A stretch of 64,000 nucleotides of DNA from Octopus vulgaris. Its lineage: Eukaryota. The notes beneath the pieces were generated by a model that had not been told where the DNA came from, searched no databases, and saw nothing but the letters and a program-made list of their open reading frames with translations. The stretch's first letter is position 1. Each line of letters begins with the position of its first letter. The stretch lies in contig OX597831.1 in assembly GCA_951406725.2 (NCBI GenBank), positions 29,512,001-29,576,000 of the forward strand. The letters are read 5' to 3'. This document shows, piece by piece, positions 1 to 12,926 of this stretch. A program made the position numbers and the translations under genes.

Positions 1-111
1 AAGTATGTATGTATGTATGTATGTATGTATATATATGTATGTATGTATATATGTATGCATGTATGTATGTATGCATGCATGTATATATATGCATATATGT
101 ATGTGTGTGTA

Positions 112-146
<35 letters not shown>

Positions 147-200
147 ATGTATGTATGTATGTATGTATGTATGTATGTGCCTGTGCCTGTATGTATGAAT
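1..200. repeat. (TATG)n/(TG)n microsatellite
   Basis: Direct reading; source of the MYVC ORFs. Confidence 0.95.
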
Positions 201-682
201 ATATGGCTGGCTGGCCGGCTGGATGGATGGATGTCAGTGTGGGTCATTCTTAGTGCTGTTAATAACATGTGACCAAGTACTCCGTGTTGAATAGTCGGCG
301 ACTAAACTGGCAACTTTACCGTGCATGTTTGGTAAGGAGGGTGGTTGTTCGTTGGACACCCTGTTGGATGAAAACCAAAAACCTGTCAAAGGACGGGTGA
401 TTTCAATAGAATCAACGGCCATCCAACAGCTGGGACTGAGAGACCTATCATATTTGAAAAGACATCTCTCTAGGAGACGGAAAATCTAAAATCACACCTG
501 CCTCATTGTGAAGCCAGAGATCTTGCCCCTGCTCTTTTTTTTTTTTTTTTTTTGTCTGAACGACTTAGCAGTGTTGTGAAAGGTGAAAGTTGACTTTAAA
601 TATCAGCAGGCGCATTGTTGACAGCCATTGTCTTTGACACCTAGGATAATTTGTCAGCAAGTTGACAGCCACCATATATGGC

Positions 683-1299
683 CGTGGAGGTGCTGAAAAG
701 TTCCTGGCTTTGGATAAAAGAAAACACAAGGGGGATCAGTTATGATTTTATTCAACATAGGCGCAGAAGTGGGTGTGTGGTAAGTAGCTTGCTAACCAAC
801 CACATGGTTCCGGGTTCAGTCCCACTGCGTGGCATCTTGGGCAAGTGTCTTCTGCTATAGCCCCGGGCCGACCAATGCCTTGTGAATAGATTTGGTAGAC
901 GGAAACTGAAAGAAGCCCGTCGTATATATGTGTTTATATATATATGTGTGTGTGTATGTGTTTGTGTGTATGTGATTGTGTGTCTGTGTTTGTCCCCCTA
1001 GCATTGCTTGACAACCGATGCTGGTGTGTTTACGTCCCCGTCACTTAGCGGTTCGGCAAAAGAACCGATAGAATAAGTACTAGGCTTACAAAGAATAAGT
1101 CCCGGGGTCGATTTGCTCGACTAAAGGCGGTGCTCCAGCATGGCCGCAGTCAAATGACTGAAACAAGTAAAAGAGTAAAAAAAGAGTAACATATTATCCT
1201 CTCAGATTCACTCACTTTTTGCAGCGGTCTTTTAGTTTTTCTGAGACATGTAAAAGAATTCGGAAGGTCGGGCCTCCAACCACGACTTTCACGATATCC
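683..1299 (-). mobile_element. mariner-derived MITE, interrupted by SINE A and cut by a piggyBac-like insertion
   Basis: TIR-like GAGGTGCTGAAAAGTTCCTGG. Colinear (reverse) with the two-TIR copy at 60473-60928, which carries a mariner C-terminus remnant. Confidence 0.8.
760..1187 (+). mobile_element. tRNA-derived SINE family A, full length
   Basis: A/B-box-like head (GGTTCAGTCCC), internal (TA/TG)n, tail ...GACTGAAACAAGTAAAAGAG; TSD AACATA at 754-759 and 1188-1193. Confidence 0.92.
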
Positions 1300-1534
1300 T
1301 TAACCCCTTGACAACGATTGACGCAAATATGCGATCACACTTTTGCTTCCCTACCCGCGGTTGACGTAAATATACGATGTAGAGCTGCCCTACATCTATC
1401 ACGAACTTTTTAGCGGCTGACGTATGTTTACTTTCGCTATTGTGTACTTTATCTCTTGAAGTGCGCACGCTCGCCGTCCCGTGCATTATCTTAGCTATTT
1501 TAGGTTACGTTCAAGTCATGGGACTAGCAGTAGG

Positions 1535-1620
1535 CCAATGAAACGCGGATACTTTACATGCATATGCATTGGTACAGGAGGTATAAAAGTAAGGGTCTCC
1601 AGCGAAAACGCATCATAATT
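1535..1620 (+). promoter_or_regulatory. Pol II core promoter (CCAAT, TATA, Inr-like)
   Basis: CCAAT 1535-1539, TATAAAAG 1582-1589, CATCATAATT ~30 nt after TATA, AAAATG at 1625. Confidence 0.55.
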
Positions 1621-1624
1621 CAAA

Positions 1625-1936
1625 ATGTCTTCAAATCAATTACAAGTTCTGCGTTCATTCTTCGGTCCTCCATCAGCGAATTTACGCTCGTCATCGCGCC
1701 CGACAACAACTGTGGCAACCAACTCGTTGTCGTGTCAAACGTCGGCACGACCGACACTTAAGTCAACTCGCTCGACGTCAACTCGCACGTCGCCAACTTG
1801 CTCGTCGTCAATTCGCTCGTCGTCAACTTGCTCGTCGTCAATTCGCTCGTCGTCAATTCGCTCGTCGTCAACTCGCACGTCGTCGCGTCAAACATCCGCT
1901 CGACCGACACCTACACGTGAAACTGAGAATAGTTAG
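1625..1936 (+). CDS. 103-aa Ser/Thr/Arg-rich repeat ORF (possible transposon N-terminal exon or accessory gene)
   Basis: ATG directly after the promoter; duplicated QTSARPT block differs at three synonymous sites; possible splice donor GTTAGT at 1932. Confidence 0.4.
   Translation: MSSNQLQVLRSFFGPPSANLRSSSRPTTTVATNSLSCQTSARPTLKSTRSTSTRTSPTCSSSIRSSSTCSSSIRSSSIRSSSTRTSSRQTSARPTPTRETENS
1762..1885 (+). repeat. 15-bp tandem repeat (CGTCAAYTYGCWCGW) x8
   Basis: Direct reading. Confidence 0.9.
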
Positions 1937-2612
1937 TGGACCGTTAGGTAGATAAATAAATGTATGTAAGTGTGTGTATGCCCCATCCTTTTTTGTTTTT
2001 CATGTATGTAAGCACGAAAGTAAACAGATCTACATACAGAAAGGCTGTAAGAACAGACACATATGGAGACACGGATCCGCACATATAAAGATGCACATCC
2101 ATACATAATTACATGGTACATAGTTGCATAACACACACACACACATGCACACAGACATGCACACACAAGGAGACAGAGGTGCATACATATACAAACACAT
2201 GCTCACACATACATACGTAGAAAATACACAAACAACGGACATGCAAGCACATAAATATGCAGGATACGTACATACAGGTGCACACGCATACATACATATA
2301 TACATATGCATACATACACATATATACATACATACACATGCAAACACACATACATACATACGTACATGCTTGCATGTATAGGAACACACACACACACACA
2401 CACACTGACCCACACACATGCGCACAAACAAACACAGTGTAAATAACGGACAGACGCAAGACGCAACGAAAATTTTAGGAAAATAGAAATAAGAAAAAAG
2501 TGGAAATTTTACCGGTGAGTGTGTTGCATTATAAGGCACAAAAAGAAAATTACTCTCCCCAGACACTACAGAATATATATATATATATGTAACTATGTAT
2601 ATATATATGCGC

Positions 2613-2654
<42 letters not shown>

Positions 2655-2886
2655 AAGGCGGCGAGCTGGTAGAAACGTTAGCACGCCGGGCGAAATTCGT
2701 AGCCGTATTTCGTCTATCGTTACGTTCCGAGTTCAAATTCCGCCGAGGTCGACTTTGCCTTTCATCCTTTCGGGGTCGATAAATTAAGTACCAGTTACGC
2801 ACTGGGGTCGATGTAGTCGACTTAGTCCCTTTGTCTGTCCTTGTTTGTCCCCTCTGTGTTTAGCCCCTTGTGGGTAGTAGAGAAAT
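2655..2886 (+). mobile_element. SINE family B (tRNA-like head, central TTTCATCCTTTCGGGGTCGATAAA domain, LINE-like tail)
   Basis: AAGGCGGCGAGCTGG...GAGTTCAAATTCC...GAAATA; about 20 copies in the window. Confidence 0.9.
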
Positions 2887-2915
2887 ATATATATATATAT
2901 ATATGCGCGTGTGTG

Positions 2916-2974
<59 letters not shown>

Positions 2975-2997
2975 ATATATTTATGTGTCTGTGTGTG

Positions 2998-3028
<31 letters not shown>

Positions 3029-3033
3029 GTATA

Positions 3034-3075
<42 letters not shown>

Positions 3076-3202
3076 TATATGTGTGTATATATATATATAT
3101 GTATATATATGTGTGTATATATATATATATATGTATATATATGTATGTATATATATATATATATGTATCTATATATATGTATGCATATATGTATGTATGT
3201 AA

Positions 3203-3237
<35 letters not shown>

Positions 3238-3590
3238 TGTATATATGTATATGTATGCATATATATATATATATGTATATATATGTATGTATATATATAT
3301 GTATATATATATGTATGTATATATATGTGTATATATATATGTATGTATATATATATGTATATATATATATGTATGTATATATGTGTGTATATATATATGT
3401 ATGTATATATATATGTATGTATATATATATGTATGTATATATATATGTATATATGTATGCATATTTATAGATGTATATATGTATGCATATTTATAGATGT
3501 ATATATGTATGCATATTTATAGATGTATATATGTATGCATATTTATAGATGTATATATGTATGCATATTTATATATGTATATATGTATGC

Positions 3591-3640
<50 letters not shown>

Positions 3641-3720
3641 ATGTATGTTTACATGTATATATATATACATGTATGTTTGTATGCATGTATGTATGAACGT
3701 TTACATACATATATATACCC
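2886..3720. repeat. Compound (TA)/(TATG) microsatellite with a 26-bp minisatellite GATGTATATATGTATGCATATTTATA (~3450-3575)
   Basis: Direct reading. Confidence 0.92.
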
Positions 3721-5040
3721 GCCTTTCCATCTATCATCCTACTTATATATAAATTATCAGCTTCTGTTTACTGCTTAAAATTCCTAAAAGCACGAAACAA
3801 TTTCAAAACCGCCTTTATGTGCTAAACATGTTCAGCATTAAAAAGTCCTCAGATGAACTTTAAAAGTAAATATTGCATTAATTAAAAGCCACAATTTAAG
3901 ACCGATGATAAATGGCCGCCGTTCATATCTTTATAAGAATGATATAAAACGGCTATTGTATTTCCCCTTCATTTGCTATGTAGTTTAAGAGAAAACATAT
4001 GTTGCTCTGCGAGGGTTTCCTCATTGTTGACTGTGCAAGAGAGAGCGCGCGCGCGAGCGTGTGTATGCGTGTGTTTTTATGCGTGTGTGGGTATGTGTTT
4101 TTATGCGTGTGTGGGTATGTGTTTTTATGCGCGTGTGTGTGTGTATGTGTTTTTATGCGTGTGTGTGTGTGCGTGATTGGACATGTTATCTAACGTTCCC
4201 TTTAATATTAAAACGCACCATACACTCACAGTAATCTATTTAGGCATATGGTAACAGACGTTTTGTGTGTGTTAATGAGTGTCAGTGTGTGTGTGTGTGT
4301 GTGTATGTGTGTGTATGTGTGTGTATGTGTGTATCAATCCATCCATCCATACATACATATGTACACACACACACATACAAGCATACATACATACATATAT
4401 GTATATATTTGGCAAGAAACATTATATATACATATATGTATGTATGTGTGTATGTATGTGTATCTACACATACACACACACACCCACGCACATATATGTA
4501 TCTATGTACACATACGTATATGTATATACATACATCTGAAAATATATATAAGTGCCTAAAGACATTAAATAGGCGTGTGTGTGTATGTATATGTGAGTGA
4601 GTGTGGATGTGCATTTGTGGGTGTTTGTATTAATGTATGTATATGTGTGTGTGTGTATGTATCTTTGTATCCAAATCAACTGATGCGTGTTCTAAGTGCA
4701 TATATTACATAAGGCAGGTTACACTTTTCGCCAACAACATACGGCTGCGACATTAAGACGTTAGCTTAAGAAAACGTCCGAATGCTCAGAGCAGAAACAA
4801 TAACAACTCTGAACTCTAAAGTATTCCATTCCAAGTCAAACAACAGCATCGCAGAAGTGTCTGTGTGCAGAGCACTTAATTCTATATGTCTCTGTTTACC
4901 ATACAACCACCCGGTGGGTGGTCGCGATAAGAACGGCGGTAGGTAGCGATCATCGTTACTGTCTTGACCATCCAGATGGAAGAAGTTAGTGGTTCGTTTC
5001 CTGGCAGAACTGCTGCGTTTTGCCCATGGCTGTAGCAATA

Positions 5041-5274
5041 TATTTCTTTAGTATCCATAAGGGGCTCAACACAGAGGGGACCAACAAGGACAGACAAAGC
5101 GATTAAGTCGATTCCATCGACCCCCAGTGCGTAACTGGTACTTAATTTGTCGACCCCGAAAGGATGAAAGGCAAAGTCAACCTCGGCGGAATTTGAACTC
5201 AGAACGTAACGGCAGACGAAATACGGCTTCGCATTTCGCCCGGCGTGCTACCGTTTCTGCCAGCTCGCCGCCTT
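5041..5274 (-). mobile_element. SINE family B
   Basis: Full reverse-complement copy; short CAATA(T) TSD. Confidence 0.9.
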
Positions 5275-6064
5275 CAATATGTTGAGCCTATGTTGGTCCG
5301 CTGTGCCTATTGAACTATGTGGGTACATTATACTCTAACGGTAAAGGGATAAAGAAAAAGAGGGGAAAATCCTTTAGAAGTTAAATCGACCATATCCGGG
5401 ACCCTCAACCTAAATACTCCTTTCTGTTAACTGAGTGAACTGGTGTAATACGAAGGGTCATGTCTAAAGACGTTTCAAGCTTCCGGCGCAAGTAATAGAA
5501 CCAACTACTCCATCATCGAGAGCCTAGTTGCTTAGGGTGGCAGATGGCCCCTAATCCCTAATGTTTAGTAAGGAACTCTAACCTTAATCCCAACCTTAAC
5601 ACTAACCCCTAAGGATTACATTAATCTCCCTATCTAGATATGTTATGCTAGTCTATCTCAAGTGAGGTTATAGGACCGATCTTCCGGTACCTGTGCCTTC
5701 CTTACGGCCAAGGGGACTGAGGCAACAAGCAAAATAAACCCAAGGAAGTTTTGTTTGTTTTTATAATGTTTTTGTTGTTATAGATGTCAGTGTTGTTGCT
5801 GTTGTCCTTTTTGTTTCTTTTGTTGCTGCTGCTGCTGCTGCCGTTGTTGTTGTTGTTGTTGTTTATCCTCACGTCTGTTCTTACGAGACAAACTTCCGCT
5901 GCCTCTACCTTCACCAGCACCATCACCACTACCGCCGCCGCCGCCGCCACCGTTACCGCCACCACCACCATAACAACAACAACAACAACAACAATATCAA
6001 CAAATAATTCTCACATTTATAACAAGGGATGAATAAATAAATAAATAAAATAAATAAATGAATA

Positions 6065-6390
6065 AATAGGGGCCATTGTTGTCCCCTGTGGGAATCCATT
6101 AGTATGTGAACTGAAGGTATGATATCAGGGAAACCATTTAAAAGGGTTTAGTGAAGTAGATTAAAGGGGTTTGCTGAAGTAGAGACAGAAAGAGGGGGAG
6201 AGAAGAGAGGTGTTGCTTACTGGAGTGATGGTAAATGCTGTTTTTATTGAAGCAGTCGATGGTGGAGGTGCGAGGTGTGTGTAGGTGTGTAGGGGGAGCA
6301 TCTTGTTGAAGGGAGCATACTGGAAATCTATGTTGGAATGGGTGTTTGTCTGAGAGGTTTAAAGGGATCATTTAGTTAAGGCAGGGATGT
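6065..6390 (-). mobile_element. Possible highly decayed Penelope RT remnant
   Basis: Minus strand reads NGFPQGTTMAP, resembling the PLE RT motif G.xMGT.MAP. Confidence 0.3.
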
Positions 6391-6422
6391 ACCAACCCAC
6401 CTCTCTCTCTCTTACTCCCTAT

Positions 6423-6502
<80 letters not shown>

Positions 6503-6889
6503 ATTTATAAATGAAGGTGAAAAATTTATATTAATTTAATAATACCATTAATTTAACACCGAGTGGTTTAGCACAAAAAACTACGGAGAAAATACAAATT
6601 TATACATAAATTATTAGAGAGTTAACCTCTATGTGGATAACTCTAGTGCTAAAAATAGTCCCGATAGTATAGCCACAGAAAAAGATGTTTCCAATTAGAA
6701 ATAACATACATTTAACGGAAGGAAAGTGAAATGTATATATATATTCATGCACAAACACGCGCACATATATATATCTATACTCATACACACATACACATGC
6801 ACACATACATATAAATAGATAGATAGATAGATAGATAATACATATAGGCGGTGCTCCAGCATGGCCTCATAGGAATAAACCCACAATCA

Positions 6890-7752
6890 TGTGGACCCGG
6901 CTTTTGTCATCTCTTATGATCTAGAGCAGTGGTTCCTAATGTGGGCAGTACTGCCTCCTTGGGCCGGTGGAAAGATCCAGGGAGTGGCGTTGAAGAAAAG
7001 TGGGATGATAATAGGGTGGCCAAAGTGGGGTAATAGATGTTAAAAATATACATTAATATTTTAATTAGGTTTAAGTTTTATTTGAGAAATACAGTTGTTT
7101 TGAATTTGCTGCAGAAGGTGGTCTTTATTTGTGGTGGAGAGGGCGCTAGGAATGTGGTCTGAAAAAGCTTGGGAACTACTGATCTAGAATCTGTGAACAG
7201 CGATGCACATGCCATGTTGTCTGAATTCTTCATGCAGAGGTTCATCCCCAGTGCCAACGCTAACATCGAATTATTAGCCACGATGGTCATACCCAGGATT
7301 GAACACATGAACCAGAGGAGACCTTATGTGTTTCAGCAGGATACTGTTTGTTGACATATGGGCCTTGCCACCTAGTAGTGACTGTCCGAGAATTTTCACG
7401 GTCTTATAATCTCTCTCCCAATATGTGACGAAAGCCCTATGGCTTTCGTGATATGAACACACGTAGACAATTATATCCTGGGTTGTCATCGAGAGGCAGG
7501 TCAACTTGGATCCCCACAACACCGAAGGACTGTTTTGAAGGGTTACAGATAAGATGAGTAACATAAACGAGAACCATATGATCATAGCATGTAGTCACTT
7601 CTGTGCCAACGTTGAGGCCGTCTGAGAGAGTGAACGCAGTTCTCATGAATAACCTGCTTCTTTGGTAGGATTAACTCAACAGTTGTTCCACTTGGGAATA
7701 CGTTTTGTTTTTCTGTCTAATGATTATGCTCTAAATTACCTAGCGCACCCTG
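6890..7752 (+). mobile_element. Tc1/mariner-superfamily (maT/DD37D-like) transposase remnant
   Basis: RPYVFQQD motif, then (W)VVIERQVNLDPHNT and HMIIACSHF with stops and frameshifts; terminal GCGCACCCTG TIR-like end. Confidence 0.8.
6927..7181 (+). mobile_element. hAT (Charlie-like) MITE nested in the maT remnant
   Basis: TIRs CAGTGGTTCCTAA / TTGGGAACTACTG; 8-bp TSD ATCTAGAG / ATCTAGAA. Confidence 0.85.
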
Positions 7753-7964
7753 CTTGTGTATGTGTGTGTGTGGTTATTGTCTGATGATCAAGTAATTGTT
7801 TATCGCTCTGGTGCTTAGAGTAAATGAATAATTAGTTGTTGTTTTTGTTGTTGTTGGTGGTGGTGGTGGTTTTCTCTTTTATCTCCGTGTAGTACTGCTG
7901 ACATGAGGTATCTGTGTTAGTTGTAATCATTCTTCATCACAGTGCTTCACATTTTAGGGTCTGA

Positions 7965-8175
7965 AAAGGCTGTGACCTGGCACAATGGTTAGCACGCCAT
8001 GCAAAATGCTTAACAGCTTTACGTTCTGAGTTCAAATTCCGCCGAGGTCGACTTCGCCTTTAATCTTTTCGAGGTCGATAGATTAAGTACCAGTTGCGTA
8101 CTGGTGTCGGTCTAATGACTGGCTCCACCCTACCCCAAAAATTTCGATCCTTGTGCCTAGAGTAGAAAAGAATTA
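7965..8175 (+). mobile_element. SINE family B, older subfamily with different tail
   Basis: Core conserved; tail CCCCAAAAATTTCG...AGTAGAAAAGAATTA. Confidence 0.8.
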
Positions 8176-8546
8176 CAAACACCGTGCAGCGATTGGGATT
8201 GAACCTGAAGTCATGCAATTGCTTAGCAAATTTATCAGCCTCTTGTTTAATGTCTACAGACGTTATCTCGAACATGGAACTGTTTTAGAATTCATTTTAG
8301 GATACATTCTAGTCGTCTCAAGCTTTCAGGCTACACTGAGTTGATGGAAATTGTACGGAAGACTATCATATTGACTTTTCCTTTTCCTTACCTGATATAT
8401 TCATGCTGGTCCTAGGGTGTTTATATTCGTGTCCAATCTATAGGAAAGCATCCAGGAACGGTCACCCTGATACCTCCATCCAAGTAAGGAAAAAAAAATG
8501 ACAGAATTGGTTCTACTCTGGCTTCTCTATAACTCTATAACTCATT

Positions 8547-8780
8547 AAGGCGGCGAGCTGGCAGAAACGTTAGCACGCCGGGCGAAATGGCTAGCCGTAT
8601 TTCGTCTGTCGTTACGTTCTGAGTTCAAATTCCGCCGAGGTCGACTTTGCCTTTCATCCTTTCAGGGTCGATAAATTAAGTACCAATTACGCACTGGGGT
8701 CCATATAATCGACTTAATCCGTGTATCTGTCCGTTTTTGTCACCTCTTGTGTTTAACCCCTTATGCGTAGTAAAGAAATA
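8547..8780 (+). mobile_element. SINE family B
   Basis: Full copy; TSD ~TCTATAACTCATT. Confidence 0.9.
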
Positions 8781-9461
8781 GCTATTCTATAACTCATTTT
8801 CCCCCTTTAATTTCAAGGATGGCGAGTTATTTTCTGGTGTGTGGTGTGTGTGTGGGGGGGCTTGCCTACTCCACAGAGCCAGGTCAAACCCCGACTAAAT
8901 GAGAACTGGACTTGAGAACCTGCTTGTAAACTTTCCACTTGATGAGTTTCTGTGATTTTTATCTTGGTTTCTTCTCGAGATTCTCATGTGAAACGACCAA
9001 AATTTGTCACAGACGACCAACAAAACAAGTCACCACATCACATTTAGCCAGACGAAATATTTTCCATAGATGTTATCTACACACATACATACACACATAT
9101 ATACATACATACATACATACACACACACATACATACATACATACATACATACATACATACATACATACATACGTACACACACATACATATATATATGCAT
9201 ATGTATATGTATATATGTGTGTGTGCATATGTATGTATAAACATATGTATTATATATAGACATAGAGCATACACACAATACACGTACTCTATGTGTGTGT
9301 GTGTGTGTGGGGGGGGGGGTGCGTGGATGTGTGTATGTGTGTATGAGTGTGCTGTGTATGGAATGGTTTCGGTAAGATATAACGATACTAATAACTTGTA
9401 AAGCGTTATGCGAATACATAGCGTAATAAGTATTAATGAAATGCCCGGGGAATAGTAACCA

Positions 9462-9514
<53 letters not shown>

Positions 9515-9769
9515 TCAGTTCAAATAAACAATCGGTTCAAATAAACAAGTAAGATTAACGGACAACTGGAGGACGTGCTCAAGGAATGTATGAGTTTCAC
9601 GCTGAGGGAAAGGTGAGTGCTTGACGTTTCGAACATAGCACTTTGTAGGAAAGGAAAAAAAGGAAATGTCCGAAGAAGGAAAACAAATCACCTTCAGTGC
9701 GTGTGTGGTTATATTGCTGAAGTCACACGCACGCACACAAACACACACAAAGAGACAATGTGCTGAGGA

Positions 9770-9910
9770 CTGAGGCCCACATCCAACGTTACGGTATGCA
9801 GTGGGTTGGGTATGTTGTGTGTCTTGATGACGGCAGAATTCTCAAGCAGGTGCTGTATTGCGAACTGTTTCGAGGCACTTCACCCACAACAAAAGCGAAG
9901 GAATTTCTTT
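9770..9910 (+). mobile_element. RTE-clade LINE ORF C-terminal remnant
   Basis: Reads MQWVGYVVCLDDGRILKQVLYCELFRG, matching the RTE pattern LRW.GHV.RM.D.R.PKQ.LYGEL..G. Confidence 0.7.
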
Positions 9911-10157
9911 GAATATCAAATATATATATATATATGTATGTATATGTGTGTCTGTCGGTATATGTGTGTGTGTGTGCATATCTATATACGTATATGTACG
10001 TGTGTGTGTCTGTGTATATATTTATATATATATATACATAAATACATATATATATATATATACATATAGTGTGTGTGTGTGTATGTATCTATGTATGTAT
10101 GTATATATAATATTTGTAAACAAATATGCACACACATAGAAAGAGGGAGAGCAAGCG

Positions 10158-10213
<56 letters not shown>

Positions 10214-10342
10214 GGCAGACAGAGATAACTACATATATTTATAGATAAACAGACATCCACCCAAAGATACATATACATAAAAACAATACACACACATTCA
10301 GGCAGGCAATTACAGATGCATAATCAGTCACCCCCCCCCCCA

Positions 10343-10379
<37 letters not shown>

Positions 10380-10644
10380 TTTAGATATGTCGCCTAATGT
10401 AAACAATCATTGATCTTCATAGAGACACAGAGCAAACAGACGTTACGTGTGTCGTCTGGTACTGGGACCAAAGAAACAGCCATCATCACAGATCCTATAA
10501 AATCTCATATATCACAGAGGCCCTAAGAACCGCTAATCCTTGGGTCAACATGAACCGACCAGATGAAGCAGGGAGGTGTTTGAGTAAACTTAATATGTCT
10601 GATCAAGAGATTTTTGTCCTTTATCTTTTTTTATCGTTTATTTT

Positions 10645-10868
10645 TTCTCTTGTTTCAGTCGGCCATGCTGGAGCACCGCCTTGAAGGGTATCGACCCCAG
10701 TGTTTATTTATTTATTTATTTGTTACTTTTTAAAGCCTGATATTTAATCTATCGGTTCCTTCTTGCCGAACTGCTAGGCCAAGGCGGCGTAAACAAAACA
10801 ACGCTAATTGTCAAGTGGCGGTGGTGGGAGGGGTAGAAACACAAAAACACACACACACACACACACAC

Positions 10869-10916
<48 letters not shown>

Positions 10917-11199
10917 AAATATTAGGGAATAAATCCAAACTAATAGTGGTTTTATCTCTAATTTAATATATATATATACATATTTATATATACACGTATA
11001 TATATACATACATATATATATATACATACATACATATATACATACATACATGCATATATACATACATAAATATATACATATATAAATACAGACATATATA
11101 TACATATATATACATACAGACATATATATACATATATATACACATACATATATACAGACATATATACACATACATACAGACATATACATACATATATAT

Positions 11200-11232
<33 letters not shown>

Positions 11233-11405
11233 AACATACAGACATTAAATATATATATGTATATATATATGTATATATATATATATACACACACATACAT
11301 ATATATATATATACATAAATATATACATACAGACATATATATTTACACATAAAAATGTATGTATACACATACATATACATATATAAACACATTTACATGT
11401 ATATA

Positions 11406-11459
<54 letters not shown>

Positions 11460-11645
11460 GCGTGTGCGCGTGTGTGTGTGTATGTATGTATCTTCAACTG
11501 GCTTCTTTCAGTTTCCGTCAACCAAATCTACTGATAAGGCTTTCGTTGGCCCAGGGCTATAGTAGAAGACACTTGCTCAAGGTGCCACCTGTGTGCCTGA
11601 ACTCAGAGCCATGTGGTTGAGAATCAAACTCTGTACTATACAGCC
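10645..11645 (-). mobile_element. Old SINE A copy with greatly expanded internal microsatellite
   Basis: Tail half at 10645-10850, head half at 11495-11645. Confidence 0.75.
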
Positions 11646-11772
11646 TAAAATAAATCTAAATCCGATTTTTGTTATGTCTGGGTTTCAATGACGTCACTCG
11701 GCTTAGTTGGGATTAGAACATGGAGACAGCGGATAAAAAAACTGACCTACTATGTGGCTATGTATGTTTTGA

Positions 11773-11806
<34 letters not shown>

Positions 11807-12179
11807 TTGTGTGTATGTGTGTGTGTGTATGTCTGCGAGTATGTGTGTCTATGTGTCAGTGTGGGTATGTGTGTGCATGTGTCAATGTGTGTGTGCGTGT
11901 ATGTGTGCAAGTGTGTATGTGTGATTGTGGGAGGACGTATGTGTTCGAGTCTGGGTGTGTGCGTTAGTGTGCATGTGTGACTGTGTGACTGCTTATGTGT
12001 ACGAATGTGCGTGTGCCAGTGTGTATGTGTGAGCGAGTGTGCATGTGTGATTGTGTGTGAGTGCGTATGTGTTCGAGTATGCCTGTGCGCATGTGTGACT
12101 GTATGTGTGCGAATATGTGTGTGTGTGTGTGTGTGTGTGCCAGAGTGTATGTTTATGTGTATGTGTGAGCGAATATGTA

Positions 12180-12926
12180 TGTCATTATTCAGCTTTATTT
12201 CAAGATTTCTTGCCAATAGAGAAAGAACCGGTTTCTAACCTGGACCCAAGGTTCCTTCATTGGAATTTTAACATCAGCAATAGGGTATTTTTATTTGTAT
12301 GTATGTATGTATGTATGTATGTATGTATGTATGTATGTATGTATGTGCAGATTTGTATATTTTATCTATGTATTCTCATGCATATAGTTGCATATCTAGA
12401 CATGCTCAAATATATTTCAATGATAAACTTCAGGAAAGTTTTACAGATTTTTACAGTTCCAGTAATGGATTGGATCTGTAGCCTTCGAATTAGTGTTCTC
12501 CTTTCTGGCCTTGAGAAACCTAATTTCTCAACATTGGTATTTAGGCAATGTATGTATGTATGTATGTATGTATGTATGTATGTATGTATGTATGTATGTA
12601 TGTATGTATGTATGTATGTGCAGATTTGTATATTTTATCTATGTATTCTCATGCATATAGTTGCATATCTAGACATGCTCAAATATATTTCAATGATAAA
12701 CTTCAGGAAAGTTTTACAGATTTTTACAGTTCCAGTAATGGATTGGATCTGTAGCCTTCGAATTAGTGTTCTCCTTTCTGGCCTTGAGAAACCTAATTTC
12801 TCAACATTGGTATTTAGGCAATGTATTACATATCACAGGGCCCCGATAATTACAGGTATAAATCTGATCTTGTAATCTGGAAAGGGTAACTGCAGATTTC
12901 TCAATAGTTCAGCATAGGTGTTCTGC
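12180..12926 (-). mobile_element. 5'-truncated RLE-type non-LTR retrotransposon 3' end embedded in (CATA)n, with a 273-bp tandem duplication
   Basis: Minus strand YAELLRNLQ...FIPVIIGAL...LQIQSITGTVKICKTFL, typical of the RLE C-terminus; second copy at 47460-48183. Confidence 0.8.

Larger units (their letters stand above)
1300..1955 (+). mobile_element. piggyBac-like left end (truncated)
   Basis: Starts TTAA-CCCC exactly where the MITE sequence breaks off; subterminal direct repeats TTGACG(C/T)AAATAT(G/A)CGAT at ~1318 and ~1361; CpG-rich; no right TIR found. Confidence 0.6.

Noticed and set aside
233-560. GC-richer block as host exon or HDV-like ribozyme
   Set aside because: Resembles a decayed LINE leader; I could not build the nested pseudoknot or a splice-bounded frame
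1762-1885. CRISPR-like array
   Set aside because: Contiguous 15-bp tandem units with no spacers; eukaryotic context
4740-5340. Possible exon split by SINE B
   Set aside because: Stops in the forward frames examined; at best a faint RTE C-terminus resemblance
5550-5615. Interstitial telomeric (CCCTAA)n
   Set aside because: Few, degenerate units
12105-12875. 256-aa ORF with internal repeat
   Set aside because: Antisense to an RLE remnant; created by the tandem duplication and microsatellites
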